Source of the DNA: Planctomycetota bacterium | GTDB lineage: Bacteria > Planctomycetota > UBA8108 > SXIK01 | Reading direction: 5' to 3' | NCBI GenBank assembly: GCA_965223265.1 | Contig: OZ244999.1 | Location: 7,360,001-7,424,000 of the forward strand | Length of the DNA: 64,000 nt | Part shown: in pieces, positions 39,767-49,515 of the stretch | Position numbering within the stretch: the first letter of the stretch is position 1 | How the letters are laid out: every line of letters starts with the position of its first letter | The notes under the pieces: generated by a model | What the model was told of the DNA's origin: nothing | What the model saw: the letters and a program-made list of their open reading frames with translations, nothing else | Databases searched by the model: none | Translations under genes and position numbers: made by a program

Positions 39767-41908
39767 GTGACTCCAAAAGGTACACCGGTCAACGAGGCCG
39801 CCGCGAACAACCCGCCCGAGATCCAGCTCGATAGCCGTTTGGCGATTCTGCAGGACATCAGCCTCGCCCTCAACTCGACGCTCGACCCCGACAAGCTGAC
39901 GGAGGTCATCTTGGACTCGTGCATTCGCTACACGGGGGCGACGACAGGCTCTCTCATTCTCACCGATGACAGCGACCTCCTGCGCATCGTCGCGGCCCGT
40001 GGACTAGGGGCCGACGTCGGCGAGGAAGTGACCCTGCGCATTGGTGAAGGCATCACGGGCTGGGTCGCCAAACATGCCAAGGCGATCAACGTGCCGGACG
40101 TTCGCCAGGACCGCCGCTACGTCATGGTGAAGGAGCACATTCGCAGCGAAGTCGCGGTGCCGATGGTGCTGAACAAGCGTGTCATTGGAGTTATCAGCGT
40201 CGATAGCACGCGGCCAGAAAACTTCGCCGAGGAAGACGTCAAGCTTCTCGTCATCGTTGCGACCCAGGCAGCCCAGATCCTCGAGAATGCGCGAGCGTAT
40301 GAGGATCTGCGGCGCCGCACGCGGCAGGACGAAACCATGCTCGAAATCAGCCAAGTGCTCGGCTCGGCGCTCGATTTCGAGGAGCTCTTTCAGCAGGTGA
40401 TGGCGATCCTCTCGCGGCGCTCTGGCATGACCCGAGGCCTGCTTGTTCTCTCACAGCCGGAGTCGCGCGAGCTCGCCATCGAAGTTGCGTTCGGGCTCAC
40501 GTCCGAGGAGATCGCCAAGGGGCGCTACCAAGAAGGAGAGGGCATCATCGGTCGCGTATTTCGCACCGGAAAGCCCGTCGGCGTCAGGGACATCCGTCGC
40601 GAACCGGCTTTCCTGGGCCGCACTGGAGCCATTGTGCCGCGAGACGAGCCGCTCTCGTTTCTTGCCTGCCCTATCGTTCTCGACGGGACGCCCGCCGGCG
40701 TCTTCGGCGTCGAGAAGGTTTTCACCGGCGACGATGAGCTCAATGAAGACCTCGGATTCCTAGAGATCGTCGTGAGCACCCTCTCTCAGGCCGTCAAAAT
40801 CTACCGTGAGGTCGCCAGACAAAAAGAAAAGTTGATTCAAGAGAACGAGCTGCTGCGCGAGGAACTCGGCTGGCGCTACCAGTTCGACAACATGGTCGGC
40901 AACAGCCCGGCAATACAAAAAGTCTTCTCCTTGGTCAGCAGCGTCGCGAGGACCCGTTCGACCGTGCTCATTCTGGGCGAGAGCGGCACTGGCAAGGAGC
41001 TGATCGCCCACGCGATTCACTACAACAGCCCTCGCGCCGAGAGACCTTTCGTGCGCGTCAACTGTGCAGCAATTCCTGAAAACCTCCTCGAACCTGAACT
41101 CTTCGGGCACGTCAAAGGCGCGTTTACCGGAGCGACCGCGAACCGTAAAGGAAAGTTCGTCATGGCAGACGGTGGGACGATCTTTCTCGACGAGATCGGA
41201 GACATGAGCCCACTTCTGCAGGCCAAGATTCTGCGCGTCCTTCAGGAACGCGAAGTCGAGGTGATTGGCAGTGAAGAGACCGTCAAAGTCGACGTCCGCG
41301 TGATCGCAGCGACTCATCAAAACCTGGAAGATCTGATCGCGGCGGGTCAGTTTCGCGAGGATCTTTACTATCGCCTCAACGTCGTGCAGATCGTCCTACC
41401 TCCGCTGCGCGAGCGCCCTGAGGACATTCGACTATTGATCGAACACTTCCTCGAAAAGTTCCGCCGCGAGCATGACCTTCCCGAGCTCGAGCTCACCAGC
41501 GAGTCCATGCGCTACCTCTTGCGCCACGACTGGCCAGGGAATGTCCGTGAGCTCGAAAACGTTGTCGAGCGTGCGGCAGTCGTCAGCCAAGCGGGGCTGA
41601 TCCGCGCCGAAGATCTTCCAGAACTGTCGCGCCTCGCGGCGCGGCCGGCAGGCGGCGGCTACGCCAGCTCGCAGCCGACTTCCCTCGAGGAAGCCCTGCG
41701 AGCGTTCCTTGGCGGTCGCTTCGGCAGCCGGCCGCAGAACGGGACGGTCTGGGACGAAACCATGCGCCGGGTCGAGGGCCAGCTGCTCAAGTTCGCCCTC
41801 GAGCAATCGGGCGGAGTGCAGCTCAAGGCCGCCGACCTGCTCGGCATCCACCGCAACACGCTGCGCAAGAAGTTGACCAGCGCCAACGACGAGCCTGCCG
41901 AGCGCTAA
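39767..41908 (+). CDS. sigma54-dependent enhancer-binding protein (GAF-GAF-AAA+-Fis HTH, NifA-like)
   Basis: Two GAF repeats (GEGITGWV, GEGIIGRV), GESGTGKE, GAFTGA, IFLDEIG, FREDLYYRL, WPGNVREL, AADLLGIHRNTLRKKL; start uncertain (GTG 39767 or ATG 39683). Confidence 0.93.
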   Translation: MTPKGTPVNEAAANNPPEIQLDSRLAILQDISLALNSTLDPDKLTEVILDSCIRYTGATTGSLILTDDSDLLRIVAARGLGADVGEEVTLRIGEGITGWVAKHAKAINVPDVRQDRRYVMVKEHIRSEVAVPMVLNKRVIGVISVDSTRPENFAEEDVKLLVIVATQAAQILENARAYEDLRRRTRQDETMLEISQVLGSALDFEELFQQVMAILSRRSGMTRGLLVLSQPESRELAIEVAFGLTSEEIAKGRYQEGEGIIGRVFRTGKPVGVRDIRREPAFLGRTGAIVPRDEPLSFLACPIVLDGTPAGVFGVEKVFTGDDELNEDLGFLEIVVSTLSQAVKIYREVARQKEKLIQENELLREELGWRYQFDNMVGNSPAIQKVFSLVSSVARTRSTVLILGESGTGKELIAHAIHYNSPRAERPFVRVNCAAIPENLLEPELFGHVKGAFTGATANRKGKFVMADGGTIFLDEIGDMSPLLQAKILRVLQEREVEVIGSEETVKVDVRVIAATHQNLEDLIAAGQFREDLYYRLNVVQIVLPPLRERPEDIRLLIEHFLEKFRREHDLPELELTSESMRYLLRHDWPGNVRELENVVERAAVVSQAGLIRAEDLPELSRLAARPAGGGYASSQPTSLEEALRAFLGGRFGSRPQNGTVWDETMRRVEGQLLKFALEQSGGVQLKAADLLGIHRNTLRKKLTSANDEPAER

Positions 41909-42015
41909 CAGCCCGCTCGTGGCGCTGGCCGGCAGCGGTGGTGCGCCAAGGCGTGCGAAGACGCGTGGCCAGAAGCGATCGCTCTGCCTCTTTTTTATGC
42001 AGAGAGACCTATCCG

Positions 42016-42032
42016 AGTGCATTTTCCGCACA
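42016..42032. promoter_or_regulatory. Candidate enhancer box AGTGCA-N5-CGCACA
   Basis: 10 of 12 arm positions match the 39702 dyad; lies about 150-165 bp upstream of the predicted sigma54 start. Confidence 0.5.
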
Positions 42033-42154
42033 CTTATTGAGCGCCCACGGGCGCTCCGGCGAGAGCGTCCGTCAACTGCACCAACGTTGTAAGCCGTTGC
42101 CAGGCAATGCAGAACAGCCCTGACGAAACGTCTTCCTGGGGGCCCGGTAGCGCG

Positions 42155-42170
42155 TGGCCCCCACTTTGCT
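42155..42170 (+). promoter_or_regulatory. sigma54 -24/-12 promoter TGGCCCC-CACT-TTGCT
   Basis: TGGC...TTGCT with exact GG-N10-GC spacing; IHF-like CAA-N4-TTA on the minus strand at 42090-42099. Confidence 0.65.
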
Positions 42171-42180
42171 ATATCGAGCC

Positions 42181-42282
42181 CCAACGTCTTAGTGCAGGGA
42201 ATCGTCAGCAAGGACCCCACCAGTTTTGACGGTCCCTTTGGAAGCTCTCCCCGAACTCTGTGCGCAGGGTGCGGGGTTTTTT
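42181..42282 (+). ncRNA. Candidate sigma54-dependent small RNA (~100 nt)
   Basis: Bounded by the sigma54 promoter and a strong terminator; internal stem AGGGAATCGTCAG / TTGACGGTCCCT with loop CAAGGACCCCACCAGTT. Confidence 0.55.
42249..42282 (+). terminator. Intrinsic terminator
   Basis: CCCCGAACTCTG-TGCG-CAGGGTGCGGGG stem (one mismatch) followed by TTTTTTATT. Confidence 0.85.
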
Positions 42283-42316
42283 ATTGGATCCCGAAGGCGC
42301 TGCCGTGTTCGCAGTG

Positions 42317-42495
42317 CTGCCCGCCTGAAAAAGTCATTCGGCTGAGAAACCGGCCTCTTCACGCCCAGATCGGCCGCGGCGAGCCTCGCCGTGTATATCT
42401 TATAGAAGAGGGCTCGGAGATTACCTACGTTCGCCGCGACCGATCTGGACGCGAAGCGACCAGTTTTCAGCTCGAGCACTTTTTCGGGCGGGCTG
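42317..42495. mobile_element. Fold-back MITE-like element, copy 2 of 3
   Basis: Similar to 1877-2053 and 49338-49515; the right-flank CTAA contains the TAG stop of the convergent LysM gene. Confidence 0.85.
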
Positions 42496-43416
42496 CTAAG
42501 CCGGGAGGAGGCCGAGTCTTTGCCCAATCAGGTACATGCCGAGCATGTGAGGCAAAAGAACGGCCAGCGCCAGAATCGGAAACGCCTGCGACGACCGAAT
42601 CCCCAGCACCTGGGGATAGAAGCGCAGACTGAGCACCGAGTAGACGAGCAGAACAGCCAAAGCACTGATGAGCATGCCTGGCTTCGTTCTGACGTAGGAT
42701 TCAAAAGCAGGGAAGAGTTCGTCGCTCGCCGCCAGTGATTCCGCCGGGCTGCCCAGATAGACCATGAAGAGCGCCATGGCTCCGAGCGTCAGCAGCGTCG
42801 AAAAGGTCAACGTCTCGGTCAAAAAGACGGCTTTCACCGACTTGCGAAACGAGGTCTCTTTCACGAAGGTGAAAATCGTTGCCAGCCAGACCAGGATGCT
42901 CTGCACAAACGAGTGTGACAACAGACCGAGGAAAGCCACCAGCACGACGCGGGGAACCGGCAGCCCGAAGAGGCTCTTGGTCGTGACTTGGTGAACAACG
43001 TTGGACCAGGCGTTCGGCAGGTTACCGAACGTGTTTTCGCCACTGGCTCCCTGCTCTTCCAATGGTCGCGGCTCTGGGGGCTCCTCCGGGACGAATTTTA
43101 AGTTGCCCGGATTGAGATGCTCCGCCCGGTCCATCGTGCCCTGTTCCCAGGCGTCACGCCCGAGCGGCGGGAGGTAGATCGTCTCACCGTAATGCAGCTG
43201 ATGGCTCGACGGCAGCCATGGGTTGTGGCGCCGGATTTCGGGCCACAGCAGACCGTTGCCGTACTCGCGCTCAGCGATCGAGAACAGAGTGTCGCCGTGC
43301 TGCACTTGATAATTGCGCCCGCTCGCCCTTGCACCCACCGACGAAGGGCCTGGCTCGCAGGCAACGAGAAAGAGGGTTGAAAGGAAGCTCAAAGTGAGGA
43401 GTCGCATTTCGTTCAT
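42496..43416 (-). CDS. LysM-domain lipoprotein with C-terminal membrane domain
   Basis: Lipobox LVAC; YQVQHGDTLFSIAEREYGNGLLWPEIRRHN LysM domain; about four C-terminal hydrophobic helices. Confidence 0.8.
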   Translation of the reverse strand: MNEMRLLTLSFLSTLFLVACEPGPSSVGARASGRNYQVQHGDTLFSIAEREYGNGLLWPEIRRHNPWLPSSHQLHYGETIYLPPLGRDAWEQGTMDRAEHLNPGNLKFVPEEPPEPRPLEEQGASGENTFGNLPNAWSNVVHQVTTKSLFGLPVPRVVLVAFLGLLSHSFVQSILVWLATIFTFVKETSFRKSVKAVFLTETLTFSTLLTLGAMALFMVYLGSPAESLAASDELFPAFESYVRTKPGMLISALAVLLVYSVLSLRFYPQVLGIRSSQAFPILALAVLLPHMLGMYLIGQRLGLLPA

Positions 43417-43658
43417 GTCCGTTGACAGATCGGCGGTTCACCCTTCGAATCGGAAGATGCTGACCGATAATTGAGCCAAAACCGAAAGATTGACCTGCAG
43501 GGCGCCGCCGGAAGCATTACCGGAAACATTCTCGCCGCTTGCGGCGCCGGCCCCGGGAATCTTTGACGAAGACTCGCGCCGCTGGAGGTAGCGTGGTACC
43601 TTCGCGGCCGCGGAATATCGCCACCACTGCTTCAAAGAGCGTAGAACCTGTAGACGCT

Positions 43659-44198
43659 ATGAATCGACCTGCACGCGTCCTGCTGGCAGCGGGAGCCGAT
43701 CGGCCTGGAATCGTCGACCGAATCTCCGGCGTCGTCTTCGATCAGGGCTGCAATCTGGAGGACTCCCGCATGTCGCTGCTGGGCGGCGAATTCGCGCTCA
43801 TGATGCTCATCACCGGCAGCGAGGCACAACTCGACGCGGTCAAGCGAGGAGTCGGCGAGATCGCGGCAGAAATCCAACTAACGACACAGTGGAAATCAAC
43901 GCACACCGAAGGTGATCGTGATCGCCTCCGTGGCGTGCCGTACACGGTGCACGCAATCGCGATGGATCACCCAGGAATCGTGCATAAGATCGTCCATGAG
44001 CTCGCGAAGGACGGCGGCAACGTGCTGCGGCTCGACACATCGCTGGTCCCGGCGCCGACAACCGGCACGCCAATGTTCTCGCTGCGGTTGGACGTCGAGC
44101 TGCCGACCGACGTCGCCTTGGCTTCTGTGAGAAACCAACTCGAGCAACTTGGAGCGCAGGAGAATATCGACATCGAATTGCGTGTCGCCGACGCTTAG
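43659..44198 (+). CDS. GcvR-like tandem ACT domain protein
   Basis: GADRPGIV...GCNLEDSRMSLLGGEFA and MDHPGIV; start at ATG 43659. Confidence 0.88.
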   Translation: MNRPARVLLAAGADRPGIVDRISGVVFDQGCNLEDSRMSLLGGEFALMMLITGSEAQLDAVKRGVGEIAAEIQLTTQWKSTHTEGDRDRLRGVPYTVHAIAMDHPGIVHKIVHELAKDGGNVLRLDTSLVPAPTTGTPMFSLRLDVELPTDVALASVRNQLEQLGAQENIDIELRVADA

Positions 44199-44308
44199 CC
44201 TTGTCGCGAGATCAGTAGCGATCTCACCTCAGGTCGACCGATCGAGCGCACCGTCGTTCATGTCCTCGGCGTGCTCTCCCCCAAGGAAACCCTCTCTGTG
44301 ACCTGCGA

Positions 44309-44761
44309 TTGATGGAAGTTTGGAATTTCCTCAAACAAATCGAGCCCCGCTTCTATCAAGAACGCCATCTCGGACTGGATCTCTATCAAAGCGGCATCGG
44401 CGGTTGTGTCGTCGCCGTGTTGGCTGTCGCTTCGATCGTGGTCTTTCTTCTCGCTATCTTTCACGTGATCCCGGTAAAGAAACACGTTGTGGTACTTCTC
44501 GTCAGCCTGGGGAGCGTTTCAATGCTGATCGGCGCACTCGCGACGTACTGGCATGCGACACACTTGGACGCGCTTCTCGTCAGGCTAGCTCAACTGCCAG
44601 GGAGCGAACCCACGACCAACGGACACCACGCCGCTCTGGCCGCCCTACCGCTGGTTGTGGGTGGCGCGACGTTGCTTGCGGATATCTGTGGCTGCCTCTA
44701 CATGGCGGCATTCTGGGGCAGCAACGTTCTGCAGAAACAGCAGCGGCGCGCACGTCGGTGA
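44309..44761 (+). CDS. Small membrane hypothetical protein
   Basis: Three hydrophobic segments. Confidence 0.6.
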   Translation: MMEVWNFLKQIEPRFYQERHLGLDLYQSGIGGCVVAVLAVASIVVFLLAIFHVIPVKKHVVVLLVSLGSVSMLIGALATYWHATHLDALLVRLAQLPGSEPTTNGHHAALAALPLVVGGATLLADICGCLYMAAFWGSNVLQKQQRRARR

Positions 44762-44821
44762 CGATGGCACAAGGTGTCAAGGAGATCGAACCGTGACGCC
44801 GCCCCGCGTCCTGCAGCAGGC

Positions 44822-45301
44822 CTACTGACCCGCACCGCCGAGCTGGCGAGCTTCGATCTGCTGGATTCGCGCGAGCCGGCGTGCGTATCGAGTCTCTTGC
44901 GAGAACTCAGCCGCAACGAACCGTTCCACCACCTCACGGGCGAGCTCACTGCCGATGATCCGGCTGCCTAGACAGAGGATATTCAGATCGTCGTGCTCGA
45001 CCCCTTGGTGCGCCGAGTAAGTATCGTGACACGCCGATGCACGCGCGCCGACGACCTTGTTCGCCGCAACGCTCATTCCAACCGCGCTGCCGCAGACCAA
45101 AATGCCGCGGGCCACGCCCCCAGCTGCGATATCCGCAACGACGCCGTTCGCGACGCGCTCGGCAAAACCGGGATAGTCACAAGGAGTCTCTGCGTCTTTG
45201 GTGCCGTGATCCTCCACTTCGTGACCGAGCTCGGACAAACGCTGCTTTAACGACTGCTTCAAATAGAATCCGGCGTGATCTGCGCCCAGGTGGATTTTCA
45301 C
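44822..45301 (-). CDS. rpiB: Ribose 5-phosphate isomerase B
   Basis: GADHAG, DYP, GILVCGSAVGMSVAANK and EHDDLNILCLGSRIIG; GTG start at 45301. Confidence 0.92.
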   Translation of the reverse strand: MKIHLGADHAGFYLKQSLKQRLSELGHEVEDHGTKDAETPCDYPGFAERVANGVVADIAAGGVARGILVCGSAVGMSVAANKVVGARASACHDTYSAHQGVEHDDLNILCLGSRIIGSELAREVVERFVAAEFSQETRYARRLARIQQIEARQLGGAGQ

Positions 45302-45620
45302 GTCTGGTTCCCCTGATCCTCGGTCGGTGGCTCGCGAGTGGTCGCTATCTGACTCAGCGCTCGGGGGCGCGATGGTGAAGACAGGGTGGATAGCATAACG
45401 GTTTCCAAGGGAGGGACAACCCGGCTCCGTCGCCAAGGATCGCACGCTGTCGGCCCGAGTTGCCGCGGCGAACGAACCGCGCGACGCGAGGGTCTCAGCC
45501 GCCTGCGCAGCGTGCCCCCCAGGCAGCGCGGTTTCTGGCTGGTGCGCGCTGCGTCAAACCCCTAAAATGCTGCGTTTGCAGTCTCCTCGCTGGAACTCTT
45601 TTCTCACAAGGGCCGAAGCC

Positions 45621-46418
45621 ATGCACATTGTTCGATTCCTCGACCGTACCGGCAACGAGCGCTACGGAGAGCGCGTCGACGCAAACTCCGCCAAGGTGAT
45701 CGAAGGCGACCTCTATGGCAGCTATCGCGTCACCGACGAGACGTCAACCATCGAGAAACTCTTGGCACCGGTCGTGCCGCGCATCATTCTTTGCATCGGC
45801 CTCAACTACAGACAACATGCCGAAGAGGGGGGCGCCGCGATTCCCGAGTATCCCGTTCTTTTCATCAAGAATCCAGCAGCGCTGCAAAACCCGGGGGACG
45901 AGGTCGTCGTGCCCAAGATCGAGCCCGTCGAAGTCGATTATGAGTGTGAGCTCGCTGTGGTCATCGGTAAGGCGGCCAAAAATGTCGCCAAGAGCGATGC
46001 TCTCTCTCACGTCTTGGGCTACACGTGTGCCAACGACGTCTCCGGACGCAATTGGCAGTCGAAAAAGGGCGGCGGCCAGTGGTGCCGCGGGAAATCGTTC
46101 GACACGTTCTTTCCGCTCGGCCCGGACCTTGTGACGCCAGACGAAATCACGAATCCGAATGATCTCAAGATCAAGACTGTCCTCAACGGCGAGACGATGC
46201 AGGACTGGACGACTTCGGACATGATTTTTGACGTGCCGACTCTGATCAGCTTCCTCAGCCAGGGAACGACCCTGCTGCCTGGCACCGTGATCTCGACCGG
46301 CACTCCTCAGGGCGTCGGCTTCGCGCGCAAACCTCCAGTGTTCCTCAAAGGCGGCGATACCGTCTCCATCGAGATCGACCGAATCGGGACACTCACCAAT
46401 CCGGTCGTCGCTGAGTGA
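45621..46418 (+). CDS. Fumarylacetoacetate hydrolase family protein
   Basis: CIGLNYRQHA, DYECELAVVIG, NDVSGR, GKSFDTF and STGTPQGVG. Confidence 0.95.
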   Translation: MHIVRFLDRTGNERYGERVDANSAKVIEGDLYGSYRVTDETSTIEKLLAPVVPRIILCIGLNYRQHAEEGGAAIPEYPVLFIKNPAALQNPGDEVVVPKIEPVEVDYECELAVVIGKAAKNVAKSDALSHVLGYTCANDVSGRNWQSKKGGGQWCRGKSFDTFFPLGPDLVTPDEITNPNDLKIKTVLNGETMQDWTTSDMIFDVPTLISFLSQGTTLLPGTVISTGTPQGVGFARKPPVFLKGGDTVSIEIDRIGTLTNPVVAE

Positions 46419-46589
46419 CACGACGGAAAGGCTGACGCCGATTTCGCAGCGGGCGATTCGCCTGGGAACGCCGAAATCGATTTGGCTGACCGGCGCTTTT
46501 GCGCTACCGTGACACATCGGTGTGAACCGGAATCTTCGTGTTCCCACCGCCTGAAACAGGCACCTAACAAAACTCCACGGGAGGAATCC

Positions 46590-47900
46590 ATGAGCGAGGT
46601 CAGTCGCAGATCATTTATCAAGACGTCGGCGGCGGTCGGTGCTGCCGCGGGAATCGGCGTCGCTGGCGTCGGCAAGAGCTACGCTGCCAACGAGACAATT
46701 CGTGCCGGCGTAATCGGGATTCGCGGCCGAGGCAGGTCACACATCGGCGGCTTCAACGGCCTCCCGGGTGTCGACGTCGTCGCGATTTGTGATGTCGACC
46801 GACGCGAGCTCAGCCGCAGAGTCAAAGAGCTCGACGAGAAGGGGCAGAAGACGCCTGAAACCTTCGTCGACATGCGAGAGCTCTTCGAGCGCAAGGACGT
46901 TGACGTCGTCGGCATCGCGACGCCGAACCACTGGCACTCCCTTTGTGGCATTTGGGCGATGCAATCGGGCAAGGACATTTACGTCGAGAAACCCTGCTCG
47001 CACAATGTCTTCGAAGGTCGGCAGCTCGTGCATGCCGCTCGCAAGTACCAGCGCGTCTGCCAGCACGGAACCCAGATCCGCAGCTCGCCCGCGGTGCAAG
47101 AAGGCATTCAACTTCTTCGCGACGGCGTCATCGGAGAGGTCTACATGGCGAAGGGTCTCTGCTACAAATGGCGTAACACCATCCAGAAGACCCCGGAGCA
47201 GCCGGCGCCGAGCGAGGTCAACTACGATCTGTGGCTCGGACCCGCTCCGACACGTCCGTACAGTCGCAACCGTTTCCACTACAACTGGCACTGGCACTGG
47301 GACTACGGCAACGGAGACATCGGCAACCAAGGCGTGCACCAAATGGATGTTGCCCGCTGGGGCCTGGGCGTTGGGTTGCCGAAAAAGGCGCAGGCTATGG
47401 GCGGCCACTTCATGTTCGACGATGACCAAGAAACGCCCAACACGATCCTCGCGTCGTTCGAGTATCCCGAAGAACAGAAGATGCTCGTCTTCGAGACGCG
47501 CCACTGGATCACCAACAACGAGAACGTTGGCGGCAGGCCCAACGGCGCCATCGGCAACGTCTTCTACGGCTCGGAAGGCATCATGATCATGCCGAACTAC
47601 TCGACCTACAAGGTCTTCATCGGCCGCGATCACGAGCCTGGTCCAACGCGCAGCGAGAGCGGCAGCCACTTCGGCAACTTCATCGACGCAGTGCGGGCGC
47701 GCGATCCGCAGCAATTGAGCGCAGACGTCGAAGAAGGGCACAAATCGTCCGCCCTTTGCCACCTGGCCAACGTCGCTTACCGCATGGGGCGAACGATCAG
47801 TTTTGATCCCGAAAGCGAGCAGGTGGTTGGTGACATGGAAGCCAACGCGCTTCTGACGCGCAACTATCGCTCACCGTTCGTGGTTCCCGAGATCTCGTAG
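46590..47900 (+). CDS. Tat-exported Gfo/Idh/MocA oxidoreductase
   Basis: GGAGG ribosome-binding site; SRRSFIK twin-arginine motif; IATPNHWH, GKDIYVEKP and GVHQMD. Confidence 0.93.
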   Translation: MSEVSRRSFIKTSAAVGAAAGIGVAGVGKSYAANETIRAGVIGIRGRGRSHIGGFNGLPGVDVVAICDVDRRELSRRVKELDEKGQKTPETFVDMRELFERKDVDVVGIATPNHWHSLCGIWAMQSGKDIYVEKPCSHNVFEGRQLVHAARKYQRVCQHGTQIRSSPAVQEGIQLLRDGVIGEVYMAKGLCYKWRNTIQKTPEQPAPSEVNYDLWLGPAPTRPYSRNRFHYNWHWHWDYGNGDIGNQGVHQMDVARWGLGVGLPKKAQAMGGHFMFDDDQETPNTILASFEYPEEQKMLVFETRHWITNNENVGGRPNGAIGNVFYGSEGIMIMPNYSTYKVFIGRDHEPGPTRSESGSHFGNFIDAVRARDPQQLSADVEEGHKSSALCHLANVAYRMGRTISFDPESEQVVGDMEANALLTRNYRSPFVVPEIS

Positions 47901-47935
47901 ACGATCTCGACCTTCGAACCAAAGAGTTTGGTGCT

Positions 47936-47978
47936 GGGTGTTCGACGGTTCGCCGCCAGTGGCAATCGCCGAACACCC
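47936..47978. terminator. Long hairpin between convergent genes
   Basis: GGGTGTTCG...CGAACACCC outer stem with an inner imperfect stem; no U-tract. Confidence 0.4.
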
Positions 47979-48058
47979 ACCTCCTCCGACTCTTCTCCGG
48001 TTGACAGACTGCGATCGACGCACCGCTGCTCGCTCGGCAAGGCTGTCAAACTGAGACC

Positions 48059-49279
48059 CTAGGAGGACAGCGTTCGCACAGCTTCCGCCGGGACAAAGCC
48101 GTCTGCGGACCCAGCCGTCGCAGCGGCGAAACGCTCGTAGTCCTCGCGCTGCGGCGCTGGGACACCGGCGCGCGGAAAGCGCTCGGCGTAATTGAAAGCG
48201 AACTCAAACTCGAGCTCAGCGTTCGTCGGCGCCGCGCCGAAGACGCGCTTCCAGACGTCCGGCGGCTCCATGCACAGGTAGATCACGGGACGCTGCGGCG
48301 CCGGCCGCAGGCGCGTGCCCAGCTGCTCGACGACGTGGCGGTACATTGCGACGCGCATCGGCCGCAAGTAGTGGAACTTGCCGTCAGCGGCACGAGTGAA
48401 CTCTCCGGAGCGCAGCGTGGAGCGGGGAAAACGCGCCGCCATCGTTGCTTTCATCTCAGGCGGAAATCGGAGCGTCCCCAGGCTGATCCAGGCGATCCGC
48501 TGCGACGGAACCGCCGCCAACAACCTCTCGACGAGATCACGATACGCCTCTTCCCAGCCGTCGAAGTAGATCATAGGGTCGAGGTGAAAACCGATCGGGT
48601 ATCCACTCTCGGCGAGGCGCCGAGCGGCCTCAAGTCGCGCCTCAAGGGGTGCGGTTTTGAACTCTTCTCGACGCACGATCTCTGGCGGATTGAGCGACCA
48701 CGAGACCACCGTGCTCTCCCCAGCATCCATGTCCAAAAGGTGATCGATATTGTCAGTTTTCGTCTTCAACTCGAGGACGCCATTCTCGAGCCCGCGAAAA
48801 AACGGCACCATGTGACGCGTCGATTCTCCGAGCGGATCGAGAAGCAAGCTGTCGGCGAGCTCACCGGTGCCTATGCGAAAGAGCCGCGCCGGCGCCGTCG
48901 CTACCGTCGCCGCGATCTCCGCCTGCAAATCCTCGACGTTCCCGAAGAGTGTCAGGTGTGGGCTGTTCATGTAGAACTGCAGGATGCAGTATGTGCACTC
49001 CATCGCACAGTTGTTCGCCTCAGCAAGCGTGTGGAGATTGCAGCAGGCGTAGCTCGACTTCCACCCCTGACAGAGCTTCATGGCGCGGCCTTGGTAGCGA
49101 CGCAGCAAGAGGAGACGTTTGCCCTCGGTCAGCGGCAGCTGGCGCGTTGAGGCAGCAAGGCTCTCTGTCGCTTCAACGCTGACGGGAATGCCGCCCGCGT
49201 TGCGGCGTACGTTCGCCGCTAGCCTGGTGTGCTCCACTTGCGGATCGATCACGATGCGTGATAGGGATGGTTCAATCAT
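48059..49279 (-). CDS. Spore photoproduct lyase (SplB)-like radical SAM protein
   Basis: NCAMECTYCILQ (CxxxCxxC), RIGTGELADSL, LELKTK, VVSWSLNP, GFHLDP and YLCME. Confidence 0.85.
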   Translation of the reverse strand: MIEPSLSRIVIDPQVEHTRLAANVRRNAGGIPVSVEATESLAASTRQLPLTEGKRLLLLRRYQGRAMKLCQGWKSSYACCNLHTLAEANNCAMECTYCILQFYMNSPHLTLFGNVEDLQAEIAATVATAPARLFRIGTGELADSLLLDPLGESTRHMVPFFRGLENGVLELKTKTDNIDHLLDMDAGESTVVSWSLNPPEIVRREEFKTAPLEARLEAARRLAESGYPIGFHLDPMIYFDGWEEAYRDLVERLLAAVPSQRIAWISLGTLRFPPEMKATMAARFPRSTLRSGEFTRAADGKFHYLRPMRVAMYRHVVEQLGTRLRPAPQRPVIYLCMEPPDVWKRVFGAAPTNAELEFEFAFNYAERFPRAGVPAPQREDYERFAAATAGSADGFVPAEAVRTLSS

Positions 49280-49337
49280 TGGCAGCAGAAAAAAAAGAGT
49301 GACCTGCGGACAGCGTCGCCGGACGGCCCTGACCTGA

Positions 49338-49515
49338 CAGCCCGCCTGAAAAAGTCATTAGGCCGAGAAACTGGCCTCTTCACGCCCAGATCGGCCGCGG
49401 CGAGCCTCGCCGTGTATATCTTATAGAAGAGGGCTCGGAGATTACCTACGTTCGCCGCGGCCGATCTGGACGCGAAGCGATCAGTTTTCGACTCGAAGCA
49501 CTTTTCAACGGGCTG
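49338..49515. mobile_element. Fold-back MITE-like element, copy 3 of 3
   Basis: CAGCCCGCCTGAAAAAG...CTTTTCAACGGGCTG flanked by CTGA and CTAA. Confidence 0.85.

Noticed and set aside
39767-41908. Calling the activator nifA or inferring nitrogen fixation
   Set aside because: No nif genes here; two GAF domains and the dyad spacing differ from NifA (TGT-N10-ACA)
41904-41916. GCTAACAGCCCGC, identical to the left junction of MITE copy 1, at the activator stop codon
   Set aside because: Only 13 bp with no matching right end; could be a scar or chance
42192-42632. 146-aa plus-strand ORF starting inside the candidate sRNA
   Set aside because: No ribosome-binding site; it runs through a terminator and a MITE and overlaps the LysM gene antisense
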